From NCBI GenBank assembly GCA_030390025.1, contig CM059438.1, forward strand, positions 63,924,001 to 63,988,000: a stretch of 64,000 nt of DNA, written 5' to 3'. Every line of letters begins with the position of its first letter. The stretch's first letter is position 1. Below are positions 35,738-48,655 of the stretch, in pieces. The position numbers and the translations under genes were made by a program. Source of the stretch: Squalus acanthias (lineage: Eukaryota). Under the pieces are notes generated by a model. That model made no database searches and was not told where the DNA came from. It worked only from the letters and a program-made list of their open reading frames with translations.

Positions 35738-36320
35738 AGCAAAATACTGCGGATGCTGGAAAATTGAAACAACAACAGAAAGCGCTGGAAAAACTCAGCA
35801 GGCCAGGCAACATCCATGGAGAGAGAAACAGAGTTAACGTTTCAGGTCGAAACCCTTCGTCAGAACTGAGAAAAAAGCAGGAAATGAAACAGATAAAAAA
35901 GCAAGGGGGAGGCTGGGGGGAGGAATAAAAGAACAAAAGGGGCGGTCTATGGTAAGTAGAGACATTAAGAGATGCTCAAGGCAAGACGAGATGGTAATAG
36001 GACAGGTTAAGAAACAGAAGGTGGCTCAGAGGTGTGAAGTGTGAAATGCTGGCAGAATGAAAGACAGCTGCTGTGGGGGGAGGGAGAGAAAAAAAAGGGA
36101 AAAGGCACAAACCAAAAGGGTGGATAAAATGTATATGTATATGTATCTATATCTATATGTGTGGTAGGGGCCGAGGTTATGATCTGAAATTGTTGAACTC
36201 GATATTGAGTCCGGAAGGCTGTAAAGTGCCTAATCGGAAGATGAGGTGCTGTTCCTCGAGCTTACGCTGAGCTTCCATGGAACAATGCACGAGGCCAAGG
36301 ACGGTGAGGTCTGAGTGGGC
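35738..36320 (-). mobile_element. Penelope-like 3' fragment (GIY-YIG C-terminus + pLTR)
   Basis: ORF 36177-36365 ends RKLEEQHLIFRLGTLQPSGLNIEFNNFRS, identical to the end of ORF 62039-62368. Confidence 0.88.
35832..35867 (-). ncRNA. Minimal type-I hammerhead ribozyme motif (UUCG loop variant)
   Basis: AGUU-CUGACGA-A-GGGU(UUCG)ACCU-GAAAC-GUU-AACU. Confidence 0.7.
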
Positions 36321-36613
36321 GTAGAGTAGCCCTAACCCTCCTTTCCTGTCCCATTCAGCTTTCAATTATCATTAAAAATATAGATATAATGGAGGGTCTG
36401 AGTGACCTAGCAGACTGGCTTACATCTCTGGAACCTGGGTTCACTTCCAGCTCAAACTGATGCGGATTCTCAAACCAGTTTCTAGTGGATGTGCATGGAA
36501 GAATGTTACTCTGGCCCAGAAGTGGGTGCTGAACCACTTTGTTAGGGCAGAGAAGTGGGAGCTTTACTCTTCATCTAACTGCACTATATATGATCATGAA
36601 ATGCTGACACTGA

Positions 36614-37341
36614 GGCCTCGATAGTAAAGCCCCCCATGACAGGCGGGAGAGCGTCAGGTAGGGGGAGGGTTAAAATGGGGAACACAACCCCAACCTGCCG
36701 TGTAGGAGCTCGTTGCCGTGGAGAGGTGAGACGCTTCATTAATATATTTAAATCAGGCTCCCACAGTGCAATTGGGAGCCTGCTTTAAATTTTACAGATG
36801 CTGCCCCGGTTTCCCAGGGCTCGGGAAACCTGGCAGTGAAAGGGAGGCGGTAGTTTCCGGCTCCACAATGTAAGTGCCTTTTCCAACACTCCTCGTGGGC
36901 CAGGAGGAGCAGGAGCGCCTCATGGAAGCCCTCGGCCTCCCCCCTGCTGATCGTGGTCTCTCTTTCCCCCGCCCCCTGCCGCGATTGCCTCCCCCCTCCT
37001 CATACCCTGGTGGCCTCTCTCTCTCCGTCCAGCCGACCGCGACCAATCCCATGGCCCCACAAGCCCCAATCACCGAACATCACTCCCTCCCACGGTGGCC
37101 TCTCAGCCGCCCTACCCCAAACCCTGAACTCTGACCTTCCCCTTTCCTGATTGACGAGGATTGTCCCCAAGTGTCCCTGGCTGTGGTCTCCTGCAGTTGG
37201 TTTTCCTGCCCAGCAACTACCAGGGCTGTCAATTTGGCCGGCTGCCGGGCGGAACATGGCAGGACCTCCACGTTCCCGGCTTTGCTGGGTTCTTCGGCAG
37301 TTTTCGGCCTCCCCCGCACTCTCCCCGTAAATATTGGGGCC
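36614..37341. mobile_element. Harbinger-type MITE
   Basis: ggcctcgatagtaa / gtaaatattggggcc ends; interior similar to 48035-48400. TSD imperfect (TGA/TGG). Confidence 0.6.
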
Positions 37342-37449
37342 TGGCTGTCTAAAATGGAAAGTGTTGTATTTTTTGAGACCCACCATTTGGCACTTGATGA
37401 GTACAAATTAACCCCCAAAATGTTTTTTAAATTAGTTGGCTCACTATAA

Positions 37450-37830
37450 CAGCAGCAACAACTTGCATTGATAAAGCACCTTTAACGTAGTAAAATGTCC
37501 CAAGGTGCTTCACAGGAGCCTTATCAGACAAAATTTGACACCGAGCCACATAAAGAGATATTAGGACAGAAAGAGGTGGGTTTTAAGGAGTATCTTAAAG
37601 GAGGAGAGAGAGGTAGAGAGGTGCAGAGGTTTAGGGAGGGAATTCCAGAGCATAGGGCCCAGACAGCTGAAGGCACGGCCGCCAATGGTGGAGCGATTAA
37701 AATCGGGGATGATCAAGAGGCTAGAAAAAGAAAGACTTGCATTTATATAGCGCCTTTCACGACCACCGGATGTCTCTAAGCGCTTTACAGCCAATGAAGT
37801 AGTTTTGGAGTGTAGGCACTGTTGTAATGA
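37450..37830 (-). mobile_element. L2 3' fragment followed by a DeuSINE 3' tail fragment
   Basis: L2 at about 37450-37722; SINE tail at about 37728-37830. Confidence 0.75.
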
Positions 37831-38464
37831 ATAGGAAGAACGCAGAAAATTCTAGCTCTTAATCGCTCACTTTGATCATCCCAGCTTTCTTGTTATCAGG
37901 GCTGTACACTGGGACAGACAAGTAAACATGATTATGTGGGGAGTGGCTTGTTGATAGCAAGAGTTTATGAAATAAATGATGAGACAATTCACATGGAACA
38001 AAATTTCTCAGGTAGGGAAGGGGAATTTAGCTAAATCTCCTGCTCCTGAATGCCATCCATCGATTCCTGGTGAGGACCGGATAAGATTTGACTCTGATGT
38101 CCCACAGTGGACTCGCCTGCCAACACACACACGTGGTCTAGGCTCACGCCTTAACTGCGGCTACTGAGGAGTGGGGGGGGAGGGGCACCCAGTGGCTATG
38201 AAACTATAACCAAGAAAAGTCAGATCAAAAGATTACAGAGAGGGAAATTAAATATTACTAGACCTTGACCACTTCTGAATTTGGTAATCTCAGGGCAGAG
38301 GTACTGGGTCTTTGAGGAATTTTCTTCATTCGTTAAACCCCACCCCCATCAGATGACAATGCTCCTTTAATGTTCCAACACTCATCAATGTGCCTCATGG
38401 ACGCTCGAAGTCAAAGAAATCGGCGGTGGTCTTTGTTAGCAGTTCATTAAAGGAACTGAAGATT

Positions 38465-38900
38465 GGTGGCACAGTAGATTGCCTCTTGCCGTTGAGTCAG
38501 AAGGTTGTGGGTTCCAGTCCCACTCCAGAAACTTGAGTACAAAATCCAGGCTGACACTCCGGTGCAGTACTGAGGGAGTGCTGCACTGTCAGAGGTGCTG
38601 TCTTTTAGATGAGACGCCTGCCCTCTCAGGTGGACATAAAAGATCCCATGGCACTATTTTGAAGAAGAACAGGGGACTTCTCCCTTGTCAATATTTATCC
38701 CTCAACCAGCATCACCAAAACAGATGATATGGTCATTATTACGTTGCAGTTGGTGGGAGCTTGCTGTGCGCAAATTGGCTGCCGCATTTCCTACATTGCA
38801 TCAGTGACTACACTTCAAAAAGTACTTCATTGGCTGTAAAGCGCTTTGGGACATCCTGAGGTTGTGAAAGGCGCTATATAAATGCAAGCTCTTGCTTTCT
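38465..38900 (+). mobile_element. Full-length DeuSINE
   Basis: A-box-like tggcacagtag and B-box-like gttccagtcc, Deu domain and L2-like tail. Confidence 0.85.
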
Positions 38901-39233
38901 TTTCTTTTTATGTTGAAACTTTCTCACATGGTGCGTGAAATGTCTACCATTTTTCACACAAGTTTTCAATTTCAGCCTTACTGAGCAAAGGTCAGATTTT
39001 CCCTGTTGACAAACAGAGGGGTGATCTGTTGAGGTTCCCCTGAGCCACACTTATTCAACTTTGAGCCACCCACTCAGGAACACAGAGGATTTAGAGATTA
39101 GTGCTTCACCTGGGGTGGGGATGGAAGAATTTTCATCTGGGGGCTTTGGAGGGCCGGTAGACTATCATCTTGAACTGGGTGGGGGGGGGGGGGGAAGGGG
39201 GAAAAGAGTACTAGCATGAAAGGGAGGGAGCAT

Positions 39234-40078
39234 GGGCTGGGTTTTGAATCGGGGTCGGGTTGGGATCGGGAATCACACATTCTGGCTTGTGAACCCGCCT
39301 CCATCGACTTGTGGCCAACCCACTGTATTTTCCCTTGATTGACCTTGTTGAGCCCGCCCAGTGGGCTCAGCAGGCCAATTAAGGGCCACCCGGCAACAGG
39401 TGACGTCACAGACTGACATTTCATCTGTCAAGAGCTTTTGACAGATGAAATATCAGCGTTTGACAGCTCTGTGAAGCTGTCAAACACTCACAGTATGATT
39501 TCTAACTTCAGTCCTTCCTTTCAGGCTGAGTTAGAAATCATTCCAGCACAGAAAACAGAAGGCTGCTGTTTTTGACAGGTCCACGGCTTTCCTGCTTTCT
39601 GTGCCGGTGAGATTTCTAACTCCCGAGAACTGAAGGGCTGACACCTGCAGGAGGAAGTTAAGGTAAGTAAAACTTTTTTCAACAGTTAGCACTTACCTTA
39701 CACACTTACCTCTGCACACATGCAGCCATCACTCACCTGCCCACCGGACATATCGACCCCTCCAACCCCTGCAGACCCACGGCCCGACCCGATAACTTGG
39801 AGTGTTTGCCACCTGTCGGGAAGCCCACACTTTTGTTTTTAAAATAGGGATTATGCAAAAAACTGCCTGTTAGCTACCTGTTAACAGGCAGTTAATTGTC
39901 ACTAATCCCTTCCCGCCTCGGGGAGTCGGGTCTCAGACCAGGTCGGGTACCCGCCGCCAGCGAAACTGGCATGGAGGCGGTTTGGAGTCGGGATGGGGTC
40001 GGGACCCCTGAATCTGCAACTTTAACCCCCCCCCCCCGCCTCCAAACCCGACTCCACAGGTCATTGAAAATCCAGCCC
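39234..40078. mobile_element. Harbinger-type MITE, TSD CAT
   Basis: gggctgggttttgaat / attgaaaatccagccc, flanked by CAT on both sides. Confidence 0.8.
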
Positions 40079-41306
40079 CATGTGTCTCTGTGAATGAAGT
40101 GGGGGGAGAGTTGAAGTTGTATGTGGCACAGTGTCTCAGTGCATTGGGTCTGAGAGTAATGGAAGCAACATTTGAGGGAGGGAGAGTGCCTGCTGATGTA
40201 GCTTTTGAGGAAAAGCTAACTTTTAGGCTAACAATCTATCACTTGTAAAATGTAAAAGTGTGTAGGGCGAGCATGCCCCTGAATCTCCCTTTGAAATGCA
40301 CCATTAGTTGGCACCGGGGGAGAGGAGAAGTAATTGGAAGGAGTGCATTTAATTTTAAGTTTGTTGCCTCCGTTCTGATTGGAAAGATCCTATGGCAGTA
40401 AGGTTCAAATTGTTTTTTTCCATTGGGCATTAATTTTTTGAAAAAGAAAACTAATTAAAAAATTCCAGGAATTATAGATTAGCTCCTACTACTAGGAGAA
40501 ATTACTTCGAAACTATAAAGAAATAAGTGATTCCCAAATGGCAAATAAAGAGCCGTTTCCAGGAAAAGTTGAGCAAAAGCCCCTTCCTTTATCTAAGGAA
40601 GAAAATGCAACACTCACGTTCACTGTAGGTTACAAAATACTGGAAAATGGACCAAATAAAGAAGGGCAATTTTCCTCTTGGGGCCAGAGCTTTGAGAGGG
40701 GAGGACTTCCAACCACCTCTCCTGATCCATTTCTTTGTGTTGGGGCTCAATACATATGCATGATTCTGAAAGGTTAGGGTCATGAGCCATGTGGGTTTCC
40801 CAATGTTAAGAGGAAGCCTGCAAACGGGCACTGCAAAGACCGAGAATCCTGGCAGTGGCGAAGCTGCTGCAGCGCCAAAAGATCTGGCGAGGGGTCTTGA
40901 AGGGGAAGAAGCCCCACTAAAGGCTTTGAACCAAGACTGAAGCCTTCCTTTAGTTATTTGGGCCGACAGGAGGAAGAAGAGGTCTTTGCAAGGCCCCTTT
41001 CCCTCCACGGGGTGAAATGAGGGCCGTTATTGTTGCGCCCACAGCTACCTTCCCCGTGGCAGTCGTGTGAAGCGACGGTAACACAGCTGGCAAGAAGGAA
41101 CATCCGCTGGGGACTCAGGCCCTGCCCCCACAAGCCCCCATTTGCATGCAGCGGGTGGGAAAGGAGTGGGCAGCCAGGGTCCTGGCCAGTACGGGCAAGG
41201 GAAATCCTGGTCAGGACGTTGAGGTGGTGTTAGGCCTCACTCCAATATTTTGCCACCATTACCACTACGACACTGCCTAAAATCATGCAGGACCATGGAG
41301 GAAATT

Positions 41307-41620
41307 CCCCCTTACCCCAGCCCCCCTCCCCCCTCCCTTACCCCAACTCCCTCCCCCCTTACCCCACCCCCTCCCACCGCCCTCCCCCCAGCCCCCCTCC
41401 CCCCACTCCCCACCCCACACCCTCCCCCAGCCCCCCTCCCCCCTCTCCCCTCCCCCACACCTCCCCCGCCACCCCCTCACCCCAGCCCCCCTCCCCCCAC
41501 TCCTCCTCCCCCCTTACCCCACCCCTCCCACCCCCTTACCCCAGCCCCCCTCCCCCACTCCCCCCACTCCCCCTCCCCCCCCCATAGCCCACCCCCACCC
41601 CCCTCAATCCAACCCCCTCT
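41307..41620. repeat. C-rich low-complexity tract
   Basis: Dense C3-C7 runs with recurring cccagcccccctccccc units. Confidence 0.9.
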
Positions 41621-43019
41621 GATTCTTATGTTTTTTAGCCTGGTACTTCAGCTTTTCAAAGGAGACAGAAGAACATCCTACATGTTCTCCAGTGTGTCAT
41701 ATACTATAATTAGGAGGTAACTTAATAATGCGAGGCAGGCTACTCCGCACATCACATGTATAAGGGTTTCTGATCAATGGATCAAAGTCTGTTCATGGAA
41801 ACTGCCTTTATGCCCTGAATACAAAACAGAAATGTTGGGAGAAACCCAAACCATGTTGAACTTAATCACTATCATTACCTGGACCACAATACTTGTTCCT
41901 GTAACCAGGACCCCAGCCTTCCTCTCCTTGCTCCAAAACTTTAAGATCAGGGCTGAGGTGAATTCAACTTTGCAAAAAGAAATTGCAGTTAATACAAGCT
42001 GAGAATTCTTCTGTGATCTATGTGGAAACCAGTGAACTTACTTATCAGCGGGTTTGACCCTACTCGACTGCGCTAGCAACAAAACTGATAGATTTTTGCA
42101 GCATGTTGAAGGAAACGATCATTTTATCCAAGAACTTTTATTCACCAGCACCATCGGTGAAATCAGTCAGTGCTGCTGTTTGTGTTCTGTGCCAGAGGTT
42201 CCCAAACTTTACTTATTGCGTACCCGCTTCCAGATCTACCCTGCCCCCATACCCCTACCAGCATACAGGTTTAATATTTCAACCCCTTTAATGCCCAAAC
42301 ATTATACATTGGTACACCTTGAAGTAAATGAACTACTTGATATAACAAATTCCCGCAGAGTTTTAAAGCTTTGTCTGAGTAGCCTATTAAAACAATGCAA
42401 TAAATAAATAAAATGATTAATAAATAAAATCCACCATCAGACAATTACTCCCGTGCGCCAGAGTTTGGAAACCCCTGCTCGAGGTGAATCACTGACGTCT
42501 TGAGATTGTTGGTTTCAGCAAGTTTCCACTGCCAGTAATATAGCAGTCCCAGTTATTCTGAATGAGCTTCCATTCCTTTTTTTTTACTAGCTCATCTCCT
42601 GAGGAATTGGTCTGTGTGAGTCAGAGATTAAGCTCTTGCAAGGGGAGAGGGCGTACAACTCCACTGAAAATATTTGGAAAGACGTTTTCAAGAGATCAAC
42701 TCGAAAACTATGGAGTTTTTTTAAAATCAGTTATAGGAAAATAAATAATGGGGGAAATTTGGACCTAACCCACCCGTCGGGAAACTGGTGGGATCGGCTT
42801 CGACGCTGGATTTACACCCTGCTCGATTTTACTCTCCACTGAAGAGTAATATTGGGTGGGGAGCAATGTTCCCACTAACGTTTTTTTAGTACTGAGCGGG
42901 CCACGAACTCCTTTGAGCACGACCTTTTCGTCCGTGGGCAAATTTTACAACAACAACAACTTTTACAACAACGGCAGCAACATCCACCACTTAAAAGCAC
43001 ATATACAGTAATGTCATAT

Positions 43020-44100
43020 TGCAACCCCACCGTCTCAAATCATGAGACAATCAGACAAGGTTCGATACAAGTTTAACATCACTTCTCTGCTTTTGAATTC
43101 TATTCCCCTAGAAATGAACCCAGTGCTTTATTTGCACTTTTATGGCTTTTTTAACCTGCGTTGCTACTTTTAATGATTTGTGAATCTATACCTCTAGATC
43201 CCTTTGCACCTCTACTCCATTTAGACTCGGGCGCGATCTTGCCAGCCCTGGGGAGGCGGGTATAGAGGCGGGACTGCTGGAAAAATGGCAGAATCTGGGG
43301 GTGGGTGCCCATCCTGCCCCCAACCCGCCTCCGTGCCATCTTGCCAGGTAGTTAACAGGCAGATAAGAGGATTATCCCCATTTTGTCCACACAAGTGCGG
43401 GCTTCCCGAAGGCTGCGAACCCCGCCAGGGTCACCATGTGGGTCTGCGGGGGTCGGAGGGGTGCAAAAGTGCGCTGTGAAGGTAAGTGATGGGTGCAAGT
43501 GTGGAGAGGTGAGTATGTGAGGTAAGTGGAAAGTGTTTGTAAAAGTTGACTTACTTTTGTTTCTTTCTGCAGGCTTCAATCGTTGGGGATGCGGAGAGTC
43601 TTGCAACTCACTGGCAGAGATGACAGATGGCTGCTGCATTCTCCAATGCAACAACCATCTAATTTCTGCTAAAGAAAAGAGGTTTGATGAGTCTTGAATT
43701 CAAGAACTCATCAAACTACAGAGAATGTCAGTGTTTGACAGCTTCACAGAGCTGTTAAAAAATGACAATTCATCTGTCAAAAATTTTTGACAGATGAAAC
43801 GTCATACGCTGACGTTCTCTGTAACCGGCTTCCCCTTAATTGGCCTGCTAAGCCTGCTGGGTGGGCTTAGCAAGGTCAATCAAGGGAAAATAGCGTGGGT
43901 TGGCCACAAATCGATGGAGGCGGGACAATGACCCAACGAGCAGCAGTCCCGCCTCCAACGCGCCCCCATTGGCAAAATCACCCCCTTATTTTTCAAGGAG
44001 TAGGTGGCCTCCTTATTCCTCCTACCAAAATGCACCACCTCACACTTATCTATATTGAAATTCATTTGTCATTTACATGCCCATCTGCAAGTTTGTTTAT
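43020..44100 (-). mobile_element. CR1 fragment interrupted by a MITE
   Basis: ORF 43880-44065 (MNFNIDKCEVVHFGRRN); CR1 sequence resumes left of 43228. Confidence 0.75.
43229..43985. mobile_element. Harbinger-type MITE related to 39234-40078, opposite orientation
   Basis: gggcgcgatcttgcc / ggcaaaatcaccccc ends; shares the internal hairpins. Confidence 0.7.
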
Positions 44101-44839
44101 GGTAGAATTAATTAAAAGCTTTTACAAACATGTACAAACTCTATTTAAAAAAAATTACTTGTCAGAAATGACTGGGATATAAAAGAACTGCATAATAATG
44201 CATTAACACTTCAGAAACGTCACTCAGTTACACGGTTGTGCATCGATAAACAATCCAAAAGCCCAAGGTGAGCTGAAAGAGGCATATCTATTTGTGCAAT
44301 TAGTATTAATTTTAAAGTTTTCAACGTATTAGCCGATCCCTCATGTCACTATAGCAATGGCCGCACAAGCAGCAGGAGCAGCAGCTTTCCTATTGGCGCT
44401 GACGTGCTATACGTCCACATAAGTGATTAGAATATTATTCATATGCAACCAGACAACCAACAAATATAAAGTGCTGTAGTTCTTTAGTTCACAGTATTAA
44501 AAAGAATTGAATAAAAACGAGTATTTTCAACTTCAATCACTTCCATTAATAAACGTTGTCTTCTTGAACCAGAACCCCCCATGTAACATGTCAGAAATGC
44601 AACACTTATTCACAAGTGCAGAAAAACACGTACACAATGTGTGCTACTGAATTAAAAACAAAAAGCAGGAAAAAGCTATGATTTAACAGGAATAAAGATT
44701 CATCTTTCCTCCTGGACAGGAGAACCAATCAGACTGACTTGGAAATGTTTACTCGTATGGTGACGTAAAGATGTCAATTTACGAATTTCACTTCTAATGT
44801 TTTGCTCTCAAACATTCTCCACAATATTAATCCCTGCTC

Positions 44840-45355
44840 TTAAGAGTAAGGAAGTCTTACTACGATTGTACAGGGCTTTGGTGAGACCACATCTGGAGTA
44901 CTGTGCACAGTTTTGGTCTCCTTATCTGAGGAAGGATATACTTGCTCAGAGGCGGTTCAACAAAGGTTCACTAGATTGATCCCTGGGGTGAGAGGTTTGA
45001 CCTACGATGAGAGATTGAGTAGAATGGGCCTATATTCTCCGGAGTTTAGAAGAATGAGATTTGATCTCATTGAAACATACAAGATTCTGAAGGGAATTGA
45101 CAGGTAGATGCTGAGAGGTTATTTCCCCTGGCTGAAGAATCTAGAACTAGGGGGCATAGTCTCAGGATAAGGGGTCGGCCATTTAAGACTGAGATGAGAA
45201 GGAATTTTTTCGCTCAGAGGGTTGCGAAACTTTGGAATTCTCTACCCCAGAGGGCTGTGGATGCTCAGTCGTTGAGTATATTCAAGGCTGAGATAGATAT
45301 ATATTTGGATTCTAAGGGAATCGAGGGATATGGAGATCAGACGGGAAAGTGGAGC
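44840..45355 (+). mobile_element. CR1 LINE 3' fragment
   Basis: [19 protein letters not shown] and DLIETYKILKG motifs. Confidence 0.88.
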
Positions 45356-45737
45356 CATTGACGTGCTTCAGGAGGGTCCCGCTTCTCTTTGCACTGATTG
45401 GCCGGGGAACCCTGGTTGAGAAAGCCTGCAAATGCACATCAGTGGCTGGACAGGCCTGCCAATCACACGGCTGCCAGTGAGGGGCGGTTGCTACGCAGCT
45501 GCCCACCTCGAGTCATCGCCCCCGGTGTGAAGCTTCCGTGTGCCGCGGAAGCGCGAGTGCACGGCCTGTTTATTTAACTGCGCGGTGCAATCAAGAGTGC
45601 TGTGCAGTCGCGCATGCGCGCAATTTAGGGGGAAACAGCGGTGGACAGGGCGTAAAACTGGCATTCCACCTGATAGCGTGGGTTTCCCGATGGGCACGTT
45701 AGGTTAAAATTACCCCCATTGATTCCATTACCCACTG

Positions 45738-46206
45738 CAAAGAAAGAAAGACTTGCATTCTATAGCACCTTCCACGACCACCGGATGTCCCAAAGCGCTT
45801 TACAGCCAATGAAGTACTTTTGAAGTGGAGCCACTGTTGTAATGTGGGAAACGCGGCAGCCAAGTTTGCGCACAGCAAGCTCCCACAACCAGCAATGTTC
45901 TAATGTCCAGATAATCTGTTTTAGTGATGTTGGTTGAGGGATAAATATTGGCCAGGACACTGGGGATAACTCCCCTGCTCTTCTTTGAAATAGTGCCGTG
46001 GGATCTTTTACGTCCACCTGAGAGGGCAGACGGGGCCTCGGTTTAACGTCTCATCTGAAAGACGGCACCTCCAACTGCGCAGCACTCCCTCAGCACTGCA
46101 CTGGAGTGTCAGCCGAGCTTAATGTGCTGAAGTCCCTGGAGTGGGATTTGGAACTCACAACCTTCTGACTCAGAGGCGAGCGTGCTACCAACTGAGCCAC
46201 AGCTGA
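45738..46206 (-). mobile_element. Full-length DeuSINE
   Basis: Co-linear with the other copies. Confidence 0.85.
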
Positions 46207-47609
46207 CAATGCAGTTCCACTGATATTCCATAATTCAGTAAGTAAATACATCTTTTCGTGTCTCACAGGAAAAAGAAGCTCTTTACCTAGCATATCAAAT
46301 GGGCTTTCTTTACCAAATAGCTCAGCAAGCGTACTTGGTGTTACTTCTTACACAACCATGGGTCAATTCAGAACTCCAGTTACGCACCTGCCCCCAAATG
46401 TGAATCATTCTACAGAAGTCTTCTCAGAATTTCCCACTTCAAAATTAATAATTTGTTTCTGCTGTTTGAGTTTGAGTTTGCAGATGAGCATAAATTAAGT
46501 GCAGCCGGAGTAACCACATTACAAACTGCAAAGATGAAACAGTGGCAGTTTTCAAAGTGAAGTGGTACATTTGTCATGCAAACGACTTGCTGCATTTGTG
46601 AAATAAACAACCCTTTGAGCATAATAACGTCCATTGTTTGTTTCAGGAAAGTTACTTCAGAAATAAATTGAGTTCATGCTTGGCCCTGTTTTGATGTTTG
46701 ATGTTTTATACAAATTCTGCTTTCAGTCAGCGCTTCTAAAATTGGTTTCCCTGGGAGATTTTCTTCCTCATTATCCATTGATACACTGTATTGTAAAGTG
46801 GGGCAGGGGTTATAAACAAGAAGGCCTCACACACTCTGTACATGGCCAGCCTCACTCCTAATGAGCTGCTGGGACTTATAGACAAGGATGGATGCTGGAA
46901 ATTGTAATGTGTGCTGTGTAGAGTCTCCTCAGCTGATAAGGATGGCTCTGGGGGACTCATGAACTCAAGGCCTTGACGCCTCTGAGAAGCCTGGGCCTCT
47001 GAAGGAGAATATTATTCAACGCATTTTAAACACACAAAATGTTATTTTGTAAGTAAGTTTACAAATTTTCTTCAAAATGTTTGTCTTTTTGTATTATAAA
47101 ACTTTTTTTTCCAATTCTAAATGTGTTACCTCAGTGAGAATTCAGAAAGGCAGCCAATAGAATTTAAAATAAATTAATATTAGGATTGATTTAATGTGTT
47201 TTTATTGATAACTTTTGCTCGTGTTAATTGGCTGTTTTCATAGATTCTTTAATAGCTTTTCTTTGGAAGTTTAGGTACTTCTGATAAGTACGTGACCCAA
47301 CTGGTCTGTTTTGATTTATTGCTGTTTTATGAAGATGAAATTTTAGAAAAGAATGTGTCAGAGTGACAGCCAAAGGGTGACATTGAAAGTATATCAGACA
47401 AAAAGCAGTAGGGTTGTCAACACTGGTTGGACATATTCCTGGAGGTTTCATCACATGACCTCCTGCCGCCAACTGCCCCTCCCCCACACTCCTGCCATTG
47501 GTCGGCCAACATGTCCATATGTGCGGTGCACTACCTTCCCACACCAATTGGCAAGCAAACAGATTCTTCATTACCTGATTGGATGATTCTTGACAGTCTT
47601 AAGCAGAGT

Positions 47610-48655
47610 TCTCAGAGGGTTGTAAGATTGGAGGAGGTTACAGAAATAGGGCGGGGCGAGGCTATGAAATGATTTGAACATGAGGATGAGAATTTTAAAT
47701 TGGAATCGTTGGGGGACCAGGACCAACCTAGGTCAACGAGGACAGGGGTGATGAGCGAGTAGGACTTGGTGCAAGTACGGGCATGAGCTGGAGTTTACGG
47801 AGTGTTGGGGATGGGAGGCTAGCCAGGAGAGCGTGCGAATAGTCGGGTCTGACAGGGACAAAGGCAAGGATGAGGATTTCAGCAGCAGGTGGGCTGAGTC
47901 GGGGGTTGAAGACGGGCGATGTTACGGAGGTGAAAGCGGACAGTTTTGGTGATGGAGAGATATTGTGTCGGAAGCTCAGCTCAGGGTTAAAAAGGATGGC
48001 GAGGTTGCGAACAGTCGCCTTCAACCTGAGACAGTGGGGTCATTTTAACCCCCAAGAACGGGTGGATTTGGGGCGGACGGGAAGTAAAAAATGATAACAT
48101 TTTAAACCTGACCCCAACCCGCCCACTTCTGGTCTTAGCGGAGGCGGGTCGGAGGGCGGGCAACCAATCCACTCTGAGGACGCGGGGCGGACATTGAACT
48201 ATTTTAAGGAGGCTCTGTGCTTCCATTTTTAACAGGATTTTTATTCTTAACTAATGTTGGCCAGGTTTCCCGGGGCTCGGGAAACCCGGCGGGTAAAAGG
48301 AGGCGAGAACCATGATGTAAGTGCCTTTACAACACTGCTTGTGGGCCAGGAGGAGCAGGTGTGTTTCCTCCAGGCCCAACAAGCTGACCTCTTTACACAA
48401 CCCATGATCGAGTAAATATCGGTGCCAGTGACTGTGGAGGGGGTGGAATCAATGGCAAGGGTACAGAGTCTGTGGGTGTGGACTAAAGACAATGTTTAAT
48501 TAAAGGAAATTGTGGCTCATCTAAGACTGATCTCAGACAAGCAAGCTGACAACACAGAGGAGAGGTTGAGAGAGGTGGTGGAGAGGTCCAAATGAGTGTA
48601 CATTTGCAACCTGACGCCATGCCTTCGGATAATGTTGCCAAGGAGCAGCGTGTTG
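47610..48655 (-). mobile_element. Degenerate L2 fragment with a partial MITE inserted (about 48035-48410)
   Basis: ORF 47728-48024 is L2-like; the GC-rich insert resembles the 36614 MITE. Confidence 0.6.

Noticed and set aside
38102..38130. RAG recombination signal (CACAGTG heptamers here and elsewhere)
   Set aside because: No correctly spaced ACAAAAACC nonamer and no V/J segments seen.
38465..38530. tRNA genes (also at the other SINE heads)
   Set aside because: These are SINE heads continuing into Deu-domain and L2-like tail sequence; no complete cloverleaf.
41250..41720. 156-aa proline-rich ORF
   Set aside because: Translation artefact of the C-run tract.
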